NCBI GenBank assembly: GCA_000002435.2
Contig: CM018792.1
Reading direction: 5' to 3' (one strand)
Source: Giardia intestinalis
Lineage: Eukaryota
DNA: 64,000 nt
Shown: piece by piece, positions 39,842 through 49,796 of the stretch
Layout: each line of letters starts with the position of its first letter
Numbering within the stretch: position 1 is the stretch's first letter
Made by a program: the position numbers and the translations under genes
Notes under the pieces: model-generated
What the model was told of the DNA's origin: nothing
What the model saw: only the letters and a program-made list of their open reading frames with translations
Database searches by the model: none

Positions 39842-40711
39842 TCAAAGCTGTGCTATCAGGGCTCGCGCCTCGTGGCAGTATCCGCCTCCAAACATCAGTG
39901 CATGATTGAGCATGTGAAAGAGATTGTAAATAGGGACTTTTCTCTTAAACTCTGGACTGATGGGGAGAACGCTGCCGTAGTCTCGTAGAAAGTTGGAATC
40001 GAAGCCTCCAAAGAGCTGAGTCATTGCTAGATCCACCTCATTATCTCCATAGTAACACGCTGGATCGTATATGCAGGGCACCCCGCCGGATGAACCTGCG
40101 TTTCCTCCCCACAGATCGCCGTGTAACAGCATCGGCACAACAGATGATGCGAGAGTCAGCAACTGATCACGTACACGCTCCACTGCACCTTGTCTTGTAA
40201 CTCCCTTGGGGAGGACTTTACCAAGAGCCCCAGCGCTTTCGAGCTTGAGGAGAACGTCATTGATCCTGTGCTCTGCAAACCACTCTGGCCAGCCTTGGCT
40301 TGTCTGAGCGTTATCTAACTCCGTTGACCCACAGAAAGTCCTGCACGGAAAGCCAAACTTCTCTGCTACCGAGCCTTTATGCATGGCAGCAAGATGTCTT
40401 CCGAGACCAGATGTGTCTCCAGAGAGACCCTTGAGTTGCGTCATGAGAAGATATGACTTGCCATTAAAGGTACCCACTGAAATTGGGCGAGGACACAGTA
40501 CAGACCTTGTCTCCGAAATGGCCTTCAGCCCATGGTACTCTCCCCTGAATGCCAATTCAGCGTCAGGTCCACCAAGCTTAAGGAATAGAGGCTCCGGTGC
40601 ACGTATTGCATATGTTGATGAAAAGCAACTGCCGCTCATTTCACAAATAGAATCCGGCGTAATACCCTTGATTGATAAGCTATCCAGAAGATTGACCACA
40701 AGAGCGCTCAT
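39842..40711 (-). CDS. Fructosamine-3-kinase family protein (protein-ribulosamine/fructosamine kinase)
   Basis: ATG verified at 40711-40709. FN3K signature LLHGDLWGGN plus CIYDPACYYGDNEVDLAMT. Confidence 0.75.
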   Translation of the reverse strand: MSALVVNLLDSLSIKGITPDSICEMSGSCFSSTYAIRAPEPLFLKLGGPDAELAFRGEYHGLKAISETRSVLCPRPISVGTFNGKSYLLMTQLKGLSGDTSGLGRHLAAMHKGSVAEKFGFPCRTFCGSTELDNAQTSQGWPEWFAEHRINDVLLKLESAGALGKVLPKGVTRQGAVERVRDQLLTLASSVVPMLLHGDLWGGNAGSSGGVPCIYDPACYYGDNEVDLAMTQLFGGFDSNFLRDYGSVLPISPEFKRKVPIYNLFHMLNHALMFGGGYCHEARALIAQL

Positions 40712-41639
40712 GGACTCTTAAAATTAACATTACTTTAACGCAGAGACCTTTAATACAGAGACTCGAACAGCGTGATAAACTTTAATCTGTACAAGTGTGT
40801 AGGGTATGCAAAGCGTGTCCAGGTTTGAAAGTTGTATGGAATTGGAGCTTTCAAGTATGGGTCAGACTTTCATTTGAAGCCCGTCATGGAGCTGGTTCAT
40901 TGGAAAACAGCAACTGTGTGTGTCGTGGCCAATGCAATCATGAGCCTCTAGCTGACCCTCTTTATTCTCAATACAGCATTGAAGCGTGCTTATCTATGTT
41001 AGAGAGTTGAGCCTATGCAATATGAGTGAAAGCTGTCTTGCTTTTTCCACTAGGTGCAAAGCTGTGGCACGGTTTCACACCTGGGCATACATCCTTTGTC
41101 AATGATAAGTGGATTCAGGCCGCGCGTGTTATCGGCCCTGTCTTCAAACCCGATGACACGAATGACCTGGATGCGCAAAGCTCATACAGACGCGTGATTC
41201 TGCCATAAGAGTGGTGATCCAGAAAGGAGTTTCAGGAAGGTTATTAAGGATATCGACAAAGTTGGGCCTACTAATCTATAAGCCAGAAAACGGAGATCAG
41301 CCCATAAAGGTAAGCCACACTGCATTTCCACGTCAGTGCTCTGTGAGGACTAAGGGCTAAGTGGTGTGGATACTTTTGGCAATCCCTTTACAACGAAGCA
41401 CCAAGAGTACTGAATTTCTGGGCCCTTGGAATCTATCCTGTTGACTCTGATGCATTCTAAGGGTGATTATGGTTGTGCAAGGTCTGCTTTTGTATGGTTT
41501 GCTATAGGACAATTAGACCATAGAATACTATATGCTGGGATAAAGCCGCTTACTGAAAATGGATAGAGCGGTATCCATGGCGTTGCCCACGTCGGCGCCC
41601 TGTTGCGAACCCCTTCCATACGTGATGACTGGTCTCCGC

Positions 41640-41697
41640 AACACGGCCTAGGGAGCGCGCGTTGGCCCTCCCATGTGCCCGTTCCCTAGGCCGTGTT
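41640..41697. repeat. Perfect 15-bp inverted repeat (AACACGGCCTAGGGA / TCCCTAGGCCGTGTT) forming a 17-bp stem with a 24-nt GC-rich loop
   Basis: Read directly: the left arm at 41640-41654 and the right arm at 41683-41697 are exact reverse complements. The stem extends by G:U and C:G pairs. It lies in a 1.18-kb region with no convincing ORF. Confidence 0.6.
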
Positions 41698-41888
41698 ACG
41701 GATACTGGCAAGCCAAGATGTGCGTATCGCTCGAGGCCAGTCGTCGCATATGGGAGGGGCATGCGATGGGGGCTCTTGCGCTGGAGGCAGCTGGTCTGAC
41801 AGAGGTCCGGGTGGACAACGTCCTGAGTTCTGGAATTCATTTGATTGAAGCGATAACTTCTTTGTTAGTTAAAGAATTTACATAATTA

Positions 41889-42641
41889 TCAATCTGGCAA
41901 TGCGTCATTTCTGAACCAAAGAGAGCCATTACCAACAATTAGTGGGTGACTCAACAAGTGCTTAAAAGAAAATTCATCGGCTAGTAGAAGACCGGTGAAA
42001 TTCTGATAGTGAGATAAGTTGACTAGTGACAACGCTAAGCTGAATCTGTCTATGTGTGGTATTCCAGTGACAGGATCTGAAAACGCACTGTAGCTGGACT
42101 CGTTTTTCATGGAGCTGCTGATTCCGACGTACCAACTCTCGCCCTGAAGAATATCAATGAACGACGCTGCGTGACACGAGTCAACAAGAATGCAGAGGTA
42201 GGTAAAGCGACCTGCACCTTTCAGCGCATAGAGCACTCGCTCGAGGCTTTGCTTGTAGAGGATTGAAGAGTCTTGGAACCGAATGAACCCGGGAGACCCG
42301 TGACCAGCAAAGTACAAGACAAGAGTGTCTACCTGCGGAAGCGAAGCAGTATCCCACAGCTCCACAGATAAAAAGCGCAGGAATCTCTCTGGGCTGAGTT
42401 CATGCGGATGTATCACTTGATGGATAGCGTTCCTAAAATTAGAGTTCAATTGGAGCCAGCTGTGAGTAGGATCGTTGGCATACAGCAGGATGCTTTTATC
42501 GATCAAACCACTATTCATCAAAGTGCTATCAATTGTGGCTATGTCTACGTAGTGACGACTGTCCCAAAAAGCCCTAGATGTGTCCACACCGAGCAAGACA
42601 GTGGTGGCACTTATAAAATTACAAACCATAAACCATAGCAT
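41889..42641 (-). CDS. Minimal C13-family cysteine peptidase (legumain/GPI8-like) with an N-terminal signal peptide
   Basis: The track start at 42680 is TTG; the first ATG is at 42641-42639 (MLWFMVCNFISATTVLLG...). Catalytic His in YFAGHGSPGFIRF and Cys in ILVDSCHAASF. At ~250 aa it is much shorter than legumain or GPI8 (about 400-430 aa). Confidence 0.6.
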   Translation of the reverse strand: MLWFMVCNFISATTVLLGVDTSRAFWDSRHYVDIATIDSTLMNSGLIDKSILLYANDPTHSWLQLNSNFRNAIHQVIHPHELSPERFLRFLSVELWDTASLPQVDTLVLYFAGHGSPGFIRFQDSSILYKQSLERVLYALKGAGRFTYLCILVDSCHAASFIDILQGESWYVGISSSMKNESSYSAFSDPVTGIPHIDRFSLALSLVNLSHYQNFTGLLLADEFSFKHLLSHPLIVGNGSLWFRNDALPD

Positions 42642-42752
42642 AATGAATAATAAAAGCGATGGACATACGCTACGGTACAATAAAATCTGAGAGCCTTAAG
42701 CAGGTTTGTAGACCTCTTAGTATTGAGAAGGTCTACAAGGATCCACGAGAAT

Positions 42753-45401
42753 CTACAAGAAAAAAGCGTAAAGCTTTCCGTCATGGGTGCCACCGATGAG
42801 TGCTCCTGTGCTGGAGGCGGCTAGCCAGCCAGTGGGAGAGCGGGCTCTGAAGATAGCGGAACTGTCAAAGACTATTCCTGACGTCCGAATGTCATATATT
42901 AGAATGCGTCCTTCATCTCCGGAAACGGCGAGACCGTTGCACTTGGGAAGAAACGCTACTCGTGGATTCGCTTTTACTGCCGATACTCCACTGAATAGTC
43001 GAATTGGTTGTTCAAGTGTCTGCCGCGCATCGTACAGCGCCACTTCTCCAGCTGTCATGCCAGAAGCACTAGTAGCAAAGATGTTCTCTGTCATGGACCC
43101 TAGGCAGGTATATGCCAGGTCAGGCAAGAAGACAGAAGGGGTCCTAGCATGCGGAGACACCTCGTTGCTTATTGTAGCCACCTTCTTCATGCGCGCAATG
43201 TCAACAACGCTCAAGGTATCAGATGGACCATTCTTATCCGATCTTGAATGAGTAAGGAAGCAAACTGGCGACTTGAAGCGAGTAAAGCAGGCACCCCCAT
43301 AAATCACTGATGGGAGACTCAAAACGGTCAGCTCAGTGTACGCCGGTTCCGTACAAGAAGCGCTGTCAGAGAAGCTTCCAGACACATCATATCTGTAGGC
43401 ATAAAGTGACGTATTTGCTGCAGCCAGGCACAGGCCCTCAGTGTCACATCGTGGCCAAATAAATGAGCACCATGCTGTCTCGTGGGGAGAGGCTTTACGA
43501 GGTTCGATTGAGAGGAGTTCCTTTCTGTTGCTCGCTATTGTTCGCCACACTCCTAGCGAGGCGTTTATGCCAGGAGTCAAAAGTAACTGGGAGCTCACAT
43601 GGGAGCTAAATGATGTTATGCGTGTAGAGGGAACGATGGACATCTTAAGCTTTAATGAGGGCCCCTTTTCTGTCGATGTTTTCGTGTATAGACTTATACA
43701 GTTGTCACTGGAGAGGTAAGCCAACGTCCCATCGTCCAAAGCCTCTGCATAAATAATCGGGCTGGATGTGGAAATGACCGCTAGCTGCTTCAGCCGCGAG
43801 TACCGCTTTAAAACCTCTTCCTCTTTGCCCAAGGAAGTAAGACTGGAAGTATTGTTTGGGAGCGATACCTGCTTTTGCTTGCTCAGTTTTTCCTGCTTGA
43901 GCTTCTGCTGCTCACTCCACGGAATAGAAGACGCATATCCAGATGACCTTACCTTATTCGTTGCTATTCGCCCTGTCCCTGCAGAAGCGGTTCTCTTTGC
44001 TTGCAATGAAGAAGCGACTTGTGATGACCTGGAAGGTACACTGGGCGCTCCCAGCTTGGTTCCACGCACAATCCGAGGATGCTGTGGGTTTAGAACTGAC
44101 GTGATGGGAAGAAACCATGTGTGCCCATCACAACTCTTCTGAAAGTCGTCAAATATAAGATCATACGCTTTCGGTTTTGGAGCATAGCCAATGGATAACC
44201 TTGTAAGAAGAGAGGCGTCGGTTGTATGAGCCCGAACTGCTACCATGCGGCTATGAAACAAATAAAGTTTTCGATTAGATGCCTCAATAATATAGAAATG
44301 GCTGCATCCATCCCTCCATTCAAAGACGGAAGACAAGACACTGTATGTACCCTTGCACTCCCTGGCAAGACACATTTCTAAACTCTCCGGGTCTTGATCA
44401 TCTCGTTCCGCTAAAGCAACGTTGCTGGGAGCGAGCGAGTTTGTCGGGACACCAAAGACCCCAACGTCTGTATCAACGAAAAGGGTTGTGGCAAGCATGA
44501 CATCGGGCTCCTCCAGAAGCTCATTTCTCGGCTGCACAGAGTCACGAGACTGGCCTAGACCGGCAGTAAAGATTTTGCTGGCCCCAAGGAAATACCCCAG
44601 CGGGATCTGCTGATCTGAAAACAGTTTGAGTGAGAGCTCAGGGCCGGCCTCACTCTGTGTAACTGAAAGGGTCTGCTTGTAAGGAATCACAGTGATATTT
44701 GTGTCGTTATATGCCACGATGTGTGTTTTGTCGTACCATAGTCCTGTTGGAATAAATGACAAGTGAAGTAAGGACTTGAACTCTCCCACAGCTATAGAAT
44801 TGTCTTCTTTAGAATAAGTAAATGTGAGGGTTGCAATGGACTGGTTTTTGCAGCCTAAGATTCCAGCGTATAACCGAGCACCCGACGACGAAACGGTTTG
44901 CTTCACTATTCCCACAGAGAAGAAATTGTCCTGGCGGTTGATGTAGGTGAACGAGGAAACATACACAAAGATGTCTTCAGAAATAGCGTAGATCAACACA
45001 TCATTGAGTAAAGTGCATATTAGGAAAGCTTCGTCATTGGAGACCGCCAGACACGTCCCAGACACAGGCCTTCCAGCAAGAGGGACCTGGGTTCTTTTCG
45101 TAAGTCTAGACTCGTGCTGCTGGGTCTCTCTAGCGCTTTGGAGAGACCAAGAAAAAAGACCCAGATCAAATCCGTTGTCTGAACGGTACACCACGGCGAG
45201 GAGGCAATTTAAAGTGGAAAGGATGCAGGCCTGTGGACTCTGGCAGCCCGCTCTAAACGTGAATGGTCGCGGGAGAGCCCGTATATGAACAGCTGCCTCG
45301 TGACCACCTACGACTGCACAGACATTTTCAGCAACACAGAAGGACGTGTACGCCTTGAGCGGAAGCTCTATCAGCTTCTCCGGGCTCTGTATAATCTGCA
45401 T
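42753..45401 (-). CDS. Large WD40/beta-propeller protein (~882 aa)
   Basis: The track start at 45455 is TTG; the first ATG is at 45401-45399 (MQIIQSPEKL...). Multiple WD-like strands (GGTHDGKLYAF, LAVSGDEGRILIYDIRT, and others). Confidence 0.6.
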   Translation of the reverse strand: MQIIQSPEKLIELPLKAYTSFCVAENVCAVVGGHEAAVHIRALPRPFTFRAGCQSPQACILSTLNCLLAVVYRSDNGFDLGLFSWSLQSARETQQHESRLTKRTQVPLAGRPVSGTCLAVSNDEAFLICTLLNDVLIYAISEDIFVYVSSFTYINRQDNFFSVGIVKQTVSSSGARLYAGILGCKNQSIATLTFTYSKEDNSIAVGEFKSLLHLSFIPTGLWYDKTHIVAYNDTNITVIPYKQTLSVTQSEAGPELSLKLFSDQQIPLGYFLGASKIFTAGLGQSRDSVQPRNELLEEPDVMLATTLFVDTDVGVFGVPTNSLAPSNVALAERDDQDPESLEMCLARECKGTYSVLSSVFEWRDGCSHFYIIEASNRKLYLFHSRMVAVRAHTTDASLLTRLSIGYAPKPKAYDLIFDDFQKSCDGHTWFLPITSVLNPQHPRIVRGTKLGAPSVPSRSSQVASSLQAKRTASAGTGRIATNKVRSSGYASSIPWSEQQKLKQEKLSKQKQVSLPNNTSSLTSLGKEEEVLKRYSRLKQLAVISTSSPIIYAEALDDGTLAYLSSDNCISLYTKTSTEKGPSLKLKMSIVPSTRITSFSSHVSSQLLLTPGINASLGVWRTIASNRKELLSIEPRKASPHETAWCSFIWPRCDTEGLCLAAANTSLYAYRYDVSGSFSDSASCTEPAYTELTVLSLPSVIYGGACFTRFKSPVCFLTHSRSDKNGPSDTLSVVDIARMKKVATISNEVSPHARTPSVFLPDLAYTCLGSMTENIFATSASGMTAGEVALYDARQTLEQPIRLFSGVSAVKANPRVAFLPKCNGLAVSGDEGRILIYDIRTSGIVFDSSAIFRARSPTGWLAASSTGALIGGTHDGKLYAFFL

Positions 45402-45984
45402 AATCCGTGCTGTTTTTACCTCAAAACTTAAAATCCTTTTGTTTCTAAGGTCCAAGACACCATTCTCATAATCATAAGTGCAGCGGAATTTGAAGTTCTA
45501 TAATAAGCCTGTAAGAAAATAAAACCCCAACGTTTAAAAATACAATCCGAACCTTTACGAACTTAGCTTCATAAGGTTCGTACATAAGAAGGGAGAAAAT
45601 TTGGGAAAAAAGAACAGTCAACCAATCAGTATAAACACAAGCTTAAACTCTGTGTCTGAGTATCTGTACAATGACGACTCTCCAGTCATCGCTGATGCAG
45701 ATTGGTGTGCACATCGAATCGTCAAAGTAGAGGGCCGTACGAGAACGTTCCTAGAGACCTTGGATGTTTATTCGCATTTGCAGAAAGTTGTTGATAGAAG
45801 AGTCAAAGCAAATATTGCTGGCATTGCTGTGCGGGGTGGGACCTGGGCTGATACTCGAAGAAATGCCTGGTTACTGGGGCCCAAGGCAAGGCTTGCTGCC
45901 CTCCGTGTTGAAGCCACAGACAAGCTTCTGGAAAGGGCAGAGTCCAGGGCATCGTCTAGAAGATGCTGCACATGCTTTCACAGA

Positions 45985-47841
45985 ATGATCCTTGAAAGGT
46001 ACAAACGATTATGGACAGCCAAGCTTTCGCTGTTCGAAGAAGACCATTCTCCGTACAGGCAAATACTACTAGCATCCCTGCCTATTATGGGCTCTCTCTT
46101 TCTTGTCTCCTTCTACACCATAGTAGATACAATTATTATTTCACGGCACAACGGTACGCGAGAAATAGCCTCTGTGCTTAATTTTCTACCTTTCGAGCAA
46201 ATCCTCACGCTCAGCCCCATGCAGGCTCTGGGAACTGCAACAGCATCTCAGATATCTGTTGCTATAGGGGCTAAGAACTTCCCAGATGCAGAGATGATCT
46301 TTTCGATATTCTTTGTTGTGGGCTGCTGCATTGCTGTGCTTGTACCGCTTGTTTGTGTCCCTATCTTGCCGTTGGTTCTTCCCAGCTTAGGCGTCATACA
46401 GGAATATGTTCGTGATGTTTTGCGCTATGGTTACATTGCAATGGCCTGCATGCCCTTATGCAACTTTCTAGGACCTGCCATGGTGCCTATTCTCCGTTGT
46501 GAGAACAAGGCCGGCTTGGTCATGCTTCGACAGATCCTGGGAGTAGTCCTCAACATTATCCTTGATCTTATTTTCATCACTGCCCTGCACTTGGGGAACA
46601 GTGGTGCGGCCATAGCGACGGCAATCTCCATGCTTATCACGGGAGCGTGGATCTCCTCTCACTTCTTTATCTGTAAGCAAGCAAAGCTAAAAGCTGAGCA
46701 GGAAAACAGAACGAGATTTATCATTTTCAATCCAGTCCACATTCGCTGTGCCAAGAAGCAGCTTTCTTTGGTCTGCCGTATACTCGGGTTAACCGTTTCA
46801 AGCTATATTCAGTTTTTTCTGTTGAGCTTTGGCGCTCTCCTTTCTCTCTTTCTTCACAAGTATTGGATGCCAGATGCTGTAGCCCACGTCCGACAAGTCG
46901 GAGTTTCAATCGCTGCTCGAACGACTCTCATCTTGTCTAATCCTATCTCTGGTCTTCAAAATGGCATTCTTCCTGTTCTGGGATATACTGTGGGCCAGAA
47001 GTCCCCACGACGCATCTATGAGGTTTCTAAAGCCGGCCTAGTGATTCTTCTCATAGCGACAAGTGCGCAACTTATTCTATTTCAGCTCTTGGCTCCCTTT
47101 GTTATTCGCATATATAATCTTGACAGCGCCTACTATACCGCAGGCGTTCGGGCCCTGAGAATCCTCAACGCCATGGTTCCTATGCTAAGCTTTTCCACAT
47201 TGGCACTAGTCCTGTTTCAGGTTCAAAAGAAGCAGTATCATGCACTTGGGTTGCAGATGGTAAAGGTTGGCATGCAGGTGCTTTGGCAGCTCGTTGTTCC
47301 TTATATCCAGAAGGACTCAAAGGAGCTCGTGGCAGGCGTTCCTTTTTCAGACGCAGTCACAGGCGTCATCGGTCTTGGTATCATCATCGTGGAGTTCCGG
47401 CGCATGAAACAGAGAGCCAAGCAGGAGCTCGATGCTAAATTCGCCCACACGCGTATCCTTAGGACCTTCGATCTTTCAAAGGATGTACCGCAATCCGATA
47501 CTGGTCAGATGACGATGATATATCGGGGAAACGGTGGCTTGAAAAAGAGATGCAAGCCACTGGCATATGTAGATAGGAGGTCGCAATCCATCGAGATGGT
47601 AAAGGTGTCCAGCACTACAGCGCTCCCAATCGACGATGACGGCGCTTTCAGACCTCCTAGTTGGCCCGACCTGGTTACAGCTAGTAACCCGTGTAACCTC
47701 TGTTGTGCTTCGCCACTGACTATGCATCAATCGCGCGGTAAGGACATAGACATAGAACTCAGTAGCGACATAAGCGAGCTCAATGGAGAAAACCTTCCGT
47801 GTTACTATGTGTCATCACCTCAGCGTGCAAACAAAAAATAA
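45985..47841 (+). CDS. MATE-family multidrug/toxin extrusion transporter; the start is uncertain
   Basis: 12 predicted TM helices. The ORF is open from 45601 (TTG) but has no ATG until 45985 (MILERYKRLW...), leaving 128 ATG-less in-frame codons upstream. The annotated start is the first ATG. Confidence 0.65.
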   Translation: MILERYKRLWTAKLSLFEEDHSPYRQILLASLPIMGSLFLVSFYTIVDTIIISRHNGTREIASVLNFLPFEQILTLSPMQALGTATASQISVAIGAKNFPDAEMIFSIFFVVGCCIAVLVPLVCVPILPLVLPSLGVIQEYVRDVLRYGYIAMACMPLCNFLGPAMVPILRCENKAGLVMLRQILGVVLNIILDLIFITALHLGNSGAAIATAISMLITGAWISSHFFICKQAKLKAEQENRTRFIIFNPVHIRCAKKQLSLVCRILGLTVSSYIQFFLLSFGALLSLFLHKYWMPDAVAHVRQVGVSIAARTTLILSNPISGLQNGILPVLGYTVGQKSPRRIYEVSKAGLVILLIATSAQLILFQLLAPFVIRIYNLDSAYYTAGVRALRILNAMVPMLSFSTLALVLFQVQKKQYHALGLQMVKVGMQVLWQLVVPYIQKDSKELVAGVPFSDAVTGVIGLGIIIVEFRRMKQRAKQELDAKFAHTRILRTFDLSKDVPQSDTGQMTMIYRGNGGLKKRCKPLAYVDRRSQSIEMVKVSSTTALPIDDDGAFRPPSWPDLVTASNPCNLCCASPLTMHQSRGKDIDIELSSDISELNGENLPCYYVSSPQRANKK

Positions 47842-47852
47842 AAGCAACGAGC

Positions 47853-48194
47853 ATGGCCAGCGAGGAATCTCATTTATCTACGATCTCTAACAAAGCAAAA
47901 AGCCCCCTGTGCAGCCACGAAGAAGATTCTGACCTTCCTATCCCCCCTAAGTTCTGCTGTGACTGCCATATGAAGACTTTTAGTACCCTTGAGCTGTGGC
48001 TTATCTGGATATTTACTCTGCCTCTCTTTCCTCTCATACTATTCTTTACTCTTGTGATAGCCTTCCAGCCCTTGGAGTACGGCATCTTCACGAGAACGAG
48101 TTTCTTCCTCGGGTGTCTGCTGTCCGGGATCTTCACAATTTGCATCTTTGGGCTGCTCATAGGGAAAGGCATGTATGTTGTGAATCTTGACTAG
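47853..48194 (+). CDS. Small 2-TM membrane protein (113 aa), hypothetical
   Basis: The track start at 47799 is GTG; the first ATG is 47853 (MASEESHLST...), 12 nt after the MATE stop. Two hydrophobic helices sit at the C-terminus. It could be spurious. Confidence 0.35.
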   Translation: MASEESHLSTISNKAKSPLCSHEEDSDLPIPPKFCCDCHMKTFSTLELWLIWIFTLPLFPLILFFTLVIAFQPLEYGIFTRTSFFLGCLLSGIFTICIFGLLIGKGMYVVNLD

Positions 48195-48365
48195 CTGTGA
48201 GGCTCTTTGTTTGTGATGCTTGCATAGATGGGGCCGCGAGAGGATTGCATTGCAGATCTTTAACCTTTAAGTTGTTGGGTTATTGAGTCATCATGCATTG
48301 AAATGTTGCATCTTTTGAAAATTACTTTTTGACTTAGCGGCAAGTCCATTTAACGACAAGTTCGT

Positions 48366-49409
48366 ATGACAACAAAAGACATCGAAAGCGTCGTCGCAGA
48401 ATGGGATCTGGAAAGGCGCCAGAGGGAAGATATCGAGTCAATTGTGGTGGAGCTGCTCGCTGCCGCTGACGCGAAAATTGCTGATACGCATACTCCATAC
48501 GATGTTATTGCAGCTGAGTTCTTACTAGAGACTATAGCCAACGCAGTAATGCTCTCCATTCCTACCCCGTCGCCCCCGGCCGTTCCTAAACTGACCATCT
48601 GTACAACTGCGCCTGGCGTCAACGACAGCGCTGTGACCAACGCGGTCACAAAGGTCTCTGAGAATATTGCGACTAAGTCGGTCGTGAAGACGCACTATGC
48701 CTCCCGGATCCAGGTCAACCAGGCCTCTGTTCAGCTTGTCGACCCTAGTTCTGACAAGGTGAAGATAGCGTCCACCCTTGATGATGTTCCGCTGACAGGA
48801 CAGTTTGACCCTGCAACGATCAAGTTCCTTCGGCCCGCCTCAAATGCGGGGGCACGAAAGCATGCGATGGAGCGTCTCGGGAAGGATGCCAGGAACAACC
48901 GAACCAGAAACACGATAACGCAGCAGCACAGTGACAGAAAGCAAGAGATTCTCGACCTTCTCAATGTCAACACAAAGGGCTCGTATGCAGTGCGCAAGAA
49001 GAAGATTGAAGAGCTTCCAGACAACTTGTACTATGTTGTCGACTCAGCTGGAAAGATCATCGGGCTGTTCAAGAACCAACCCCCGGCACAGTTAGCGCAG
49101 ATATCCGAGATGGCTGTCAAGGCTAAGAACGCAAAGGTGGTTGGCACAAACCGCAACACAGACCTTAACGCAGACCTCCGTCACCTTTCCGAGTCAGAGA
49201 TACGCTCCGAGGCAACGTCCATGATCAAGTCACAGATTAATGATGATGTCTCGTCCATCGGCAAGTCTCTGACTACGTTCCAAAAGGACAACGTAAACGT
49301 CCTGTCAATCCTTGTTCCGTCCCAAGGAGTCATTTTCAAGGGCGATGGAAAGGTGAAGAAGGGCCCCATAGACGAGCGGGTACGGAACGGAATGCGGGGC
49401 CAGCACTGA
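48366..49409 (+). CDS. Hypothetical protein (347 aa)
   Basis: ATG verified at 48366. Uninterrupted ORF with no recognisable motifs. Confidence 0.55.
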   Translation: MTTKDIESVVAEWDLERRQREDIESIVVELLAAADAKIADTHTPYDVIAAEFLLETIANAVMLSIPTPSPPAVPKLTICTTAPGVNDSAVTNAVTKVSENIATKSVVKTHYASRIQVNQASVQLVDPSSDKVKIASTLDDVPLTGQFDPATIKFLRPASNAGARKHAMERLGKDARNNRTRNTITQQHSDRKQEILDLLNVNTKGSYAVRKKKIEELPDNLYYVVDSAGKIIGLFKNQPPAQLAQISEMAVKAKNAKVVGTNRNTDLNADLRHLSESEIRSEATSMIKSQINDDVSSIGKSLTTFQKDNVNVLSILVPSQGVIFKGDGKVKKGPIDERVRNGMRGQH

Positions 49410-49796
49410 GAGTCGCCTGCTTCATCCGTGGTTGGCACCTCCACTGTCGCAATCGTACTGTTACAGTGAACTTATCCTGCCTCTTGCTAGGCTTTATGTG
49501 CAATGAGTTTCACCCATTAATTTCTGTCAATCTCGGTCTCAACGGCCTGACGCCTTTTGCATATCTTTTGTCACGGATTTACTAGTAGTGGAAAAGCATG
49601 TTCTATACCCTGCTAAACCGAGATGCCTCTGGTTCTAGAAATATCCAAAAGCTCAGAACCAGAAACCCAGTAAGGCTTGAGCGAACAGTTCAATTTCCAA
49701 TAGACGACAAAGAGGTATTTACATATAGGCCCATTGCTCAGACGCTTTACCTCGACACCCACACGAAGACAGAGAAAGGATACCAGACGCAAGCCC

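Noticed and set aside
40383-40721. 112-aa plus-strand ORF antisense to the fructosamine-3-kinase gene
   Set aside because: It is fully contained within a gene that has strong family motifs on the opposite strand, and it is an Arg/Pro/Ser-rich reverse-frame product.
40741-40790. GTTCGAG motif (minus strand) resembling a tRNA T-loop
   Set aside because: I could not build a complementary T-stem, D-arm or acceptor stem around it by hand. Without a covariance-model scan I cannot support a tRNA call.
40795-41885. Short ORFs (71, 60, 96 and 70 aa) in the 1.18-kb gene-free region as candidate small proteins
   Set aside because: Most of them start at non-ATG codons in the track. They are basic or low-complexity with no motifs. 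They are more likely noise within a non-coding or decayed region, which is reported instead as a finding.
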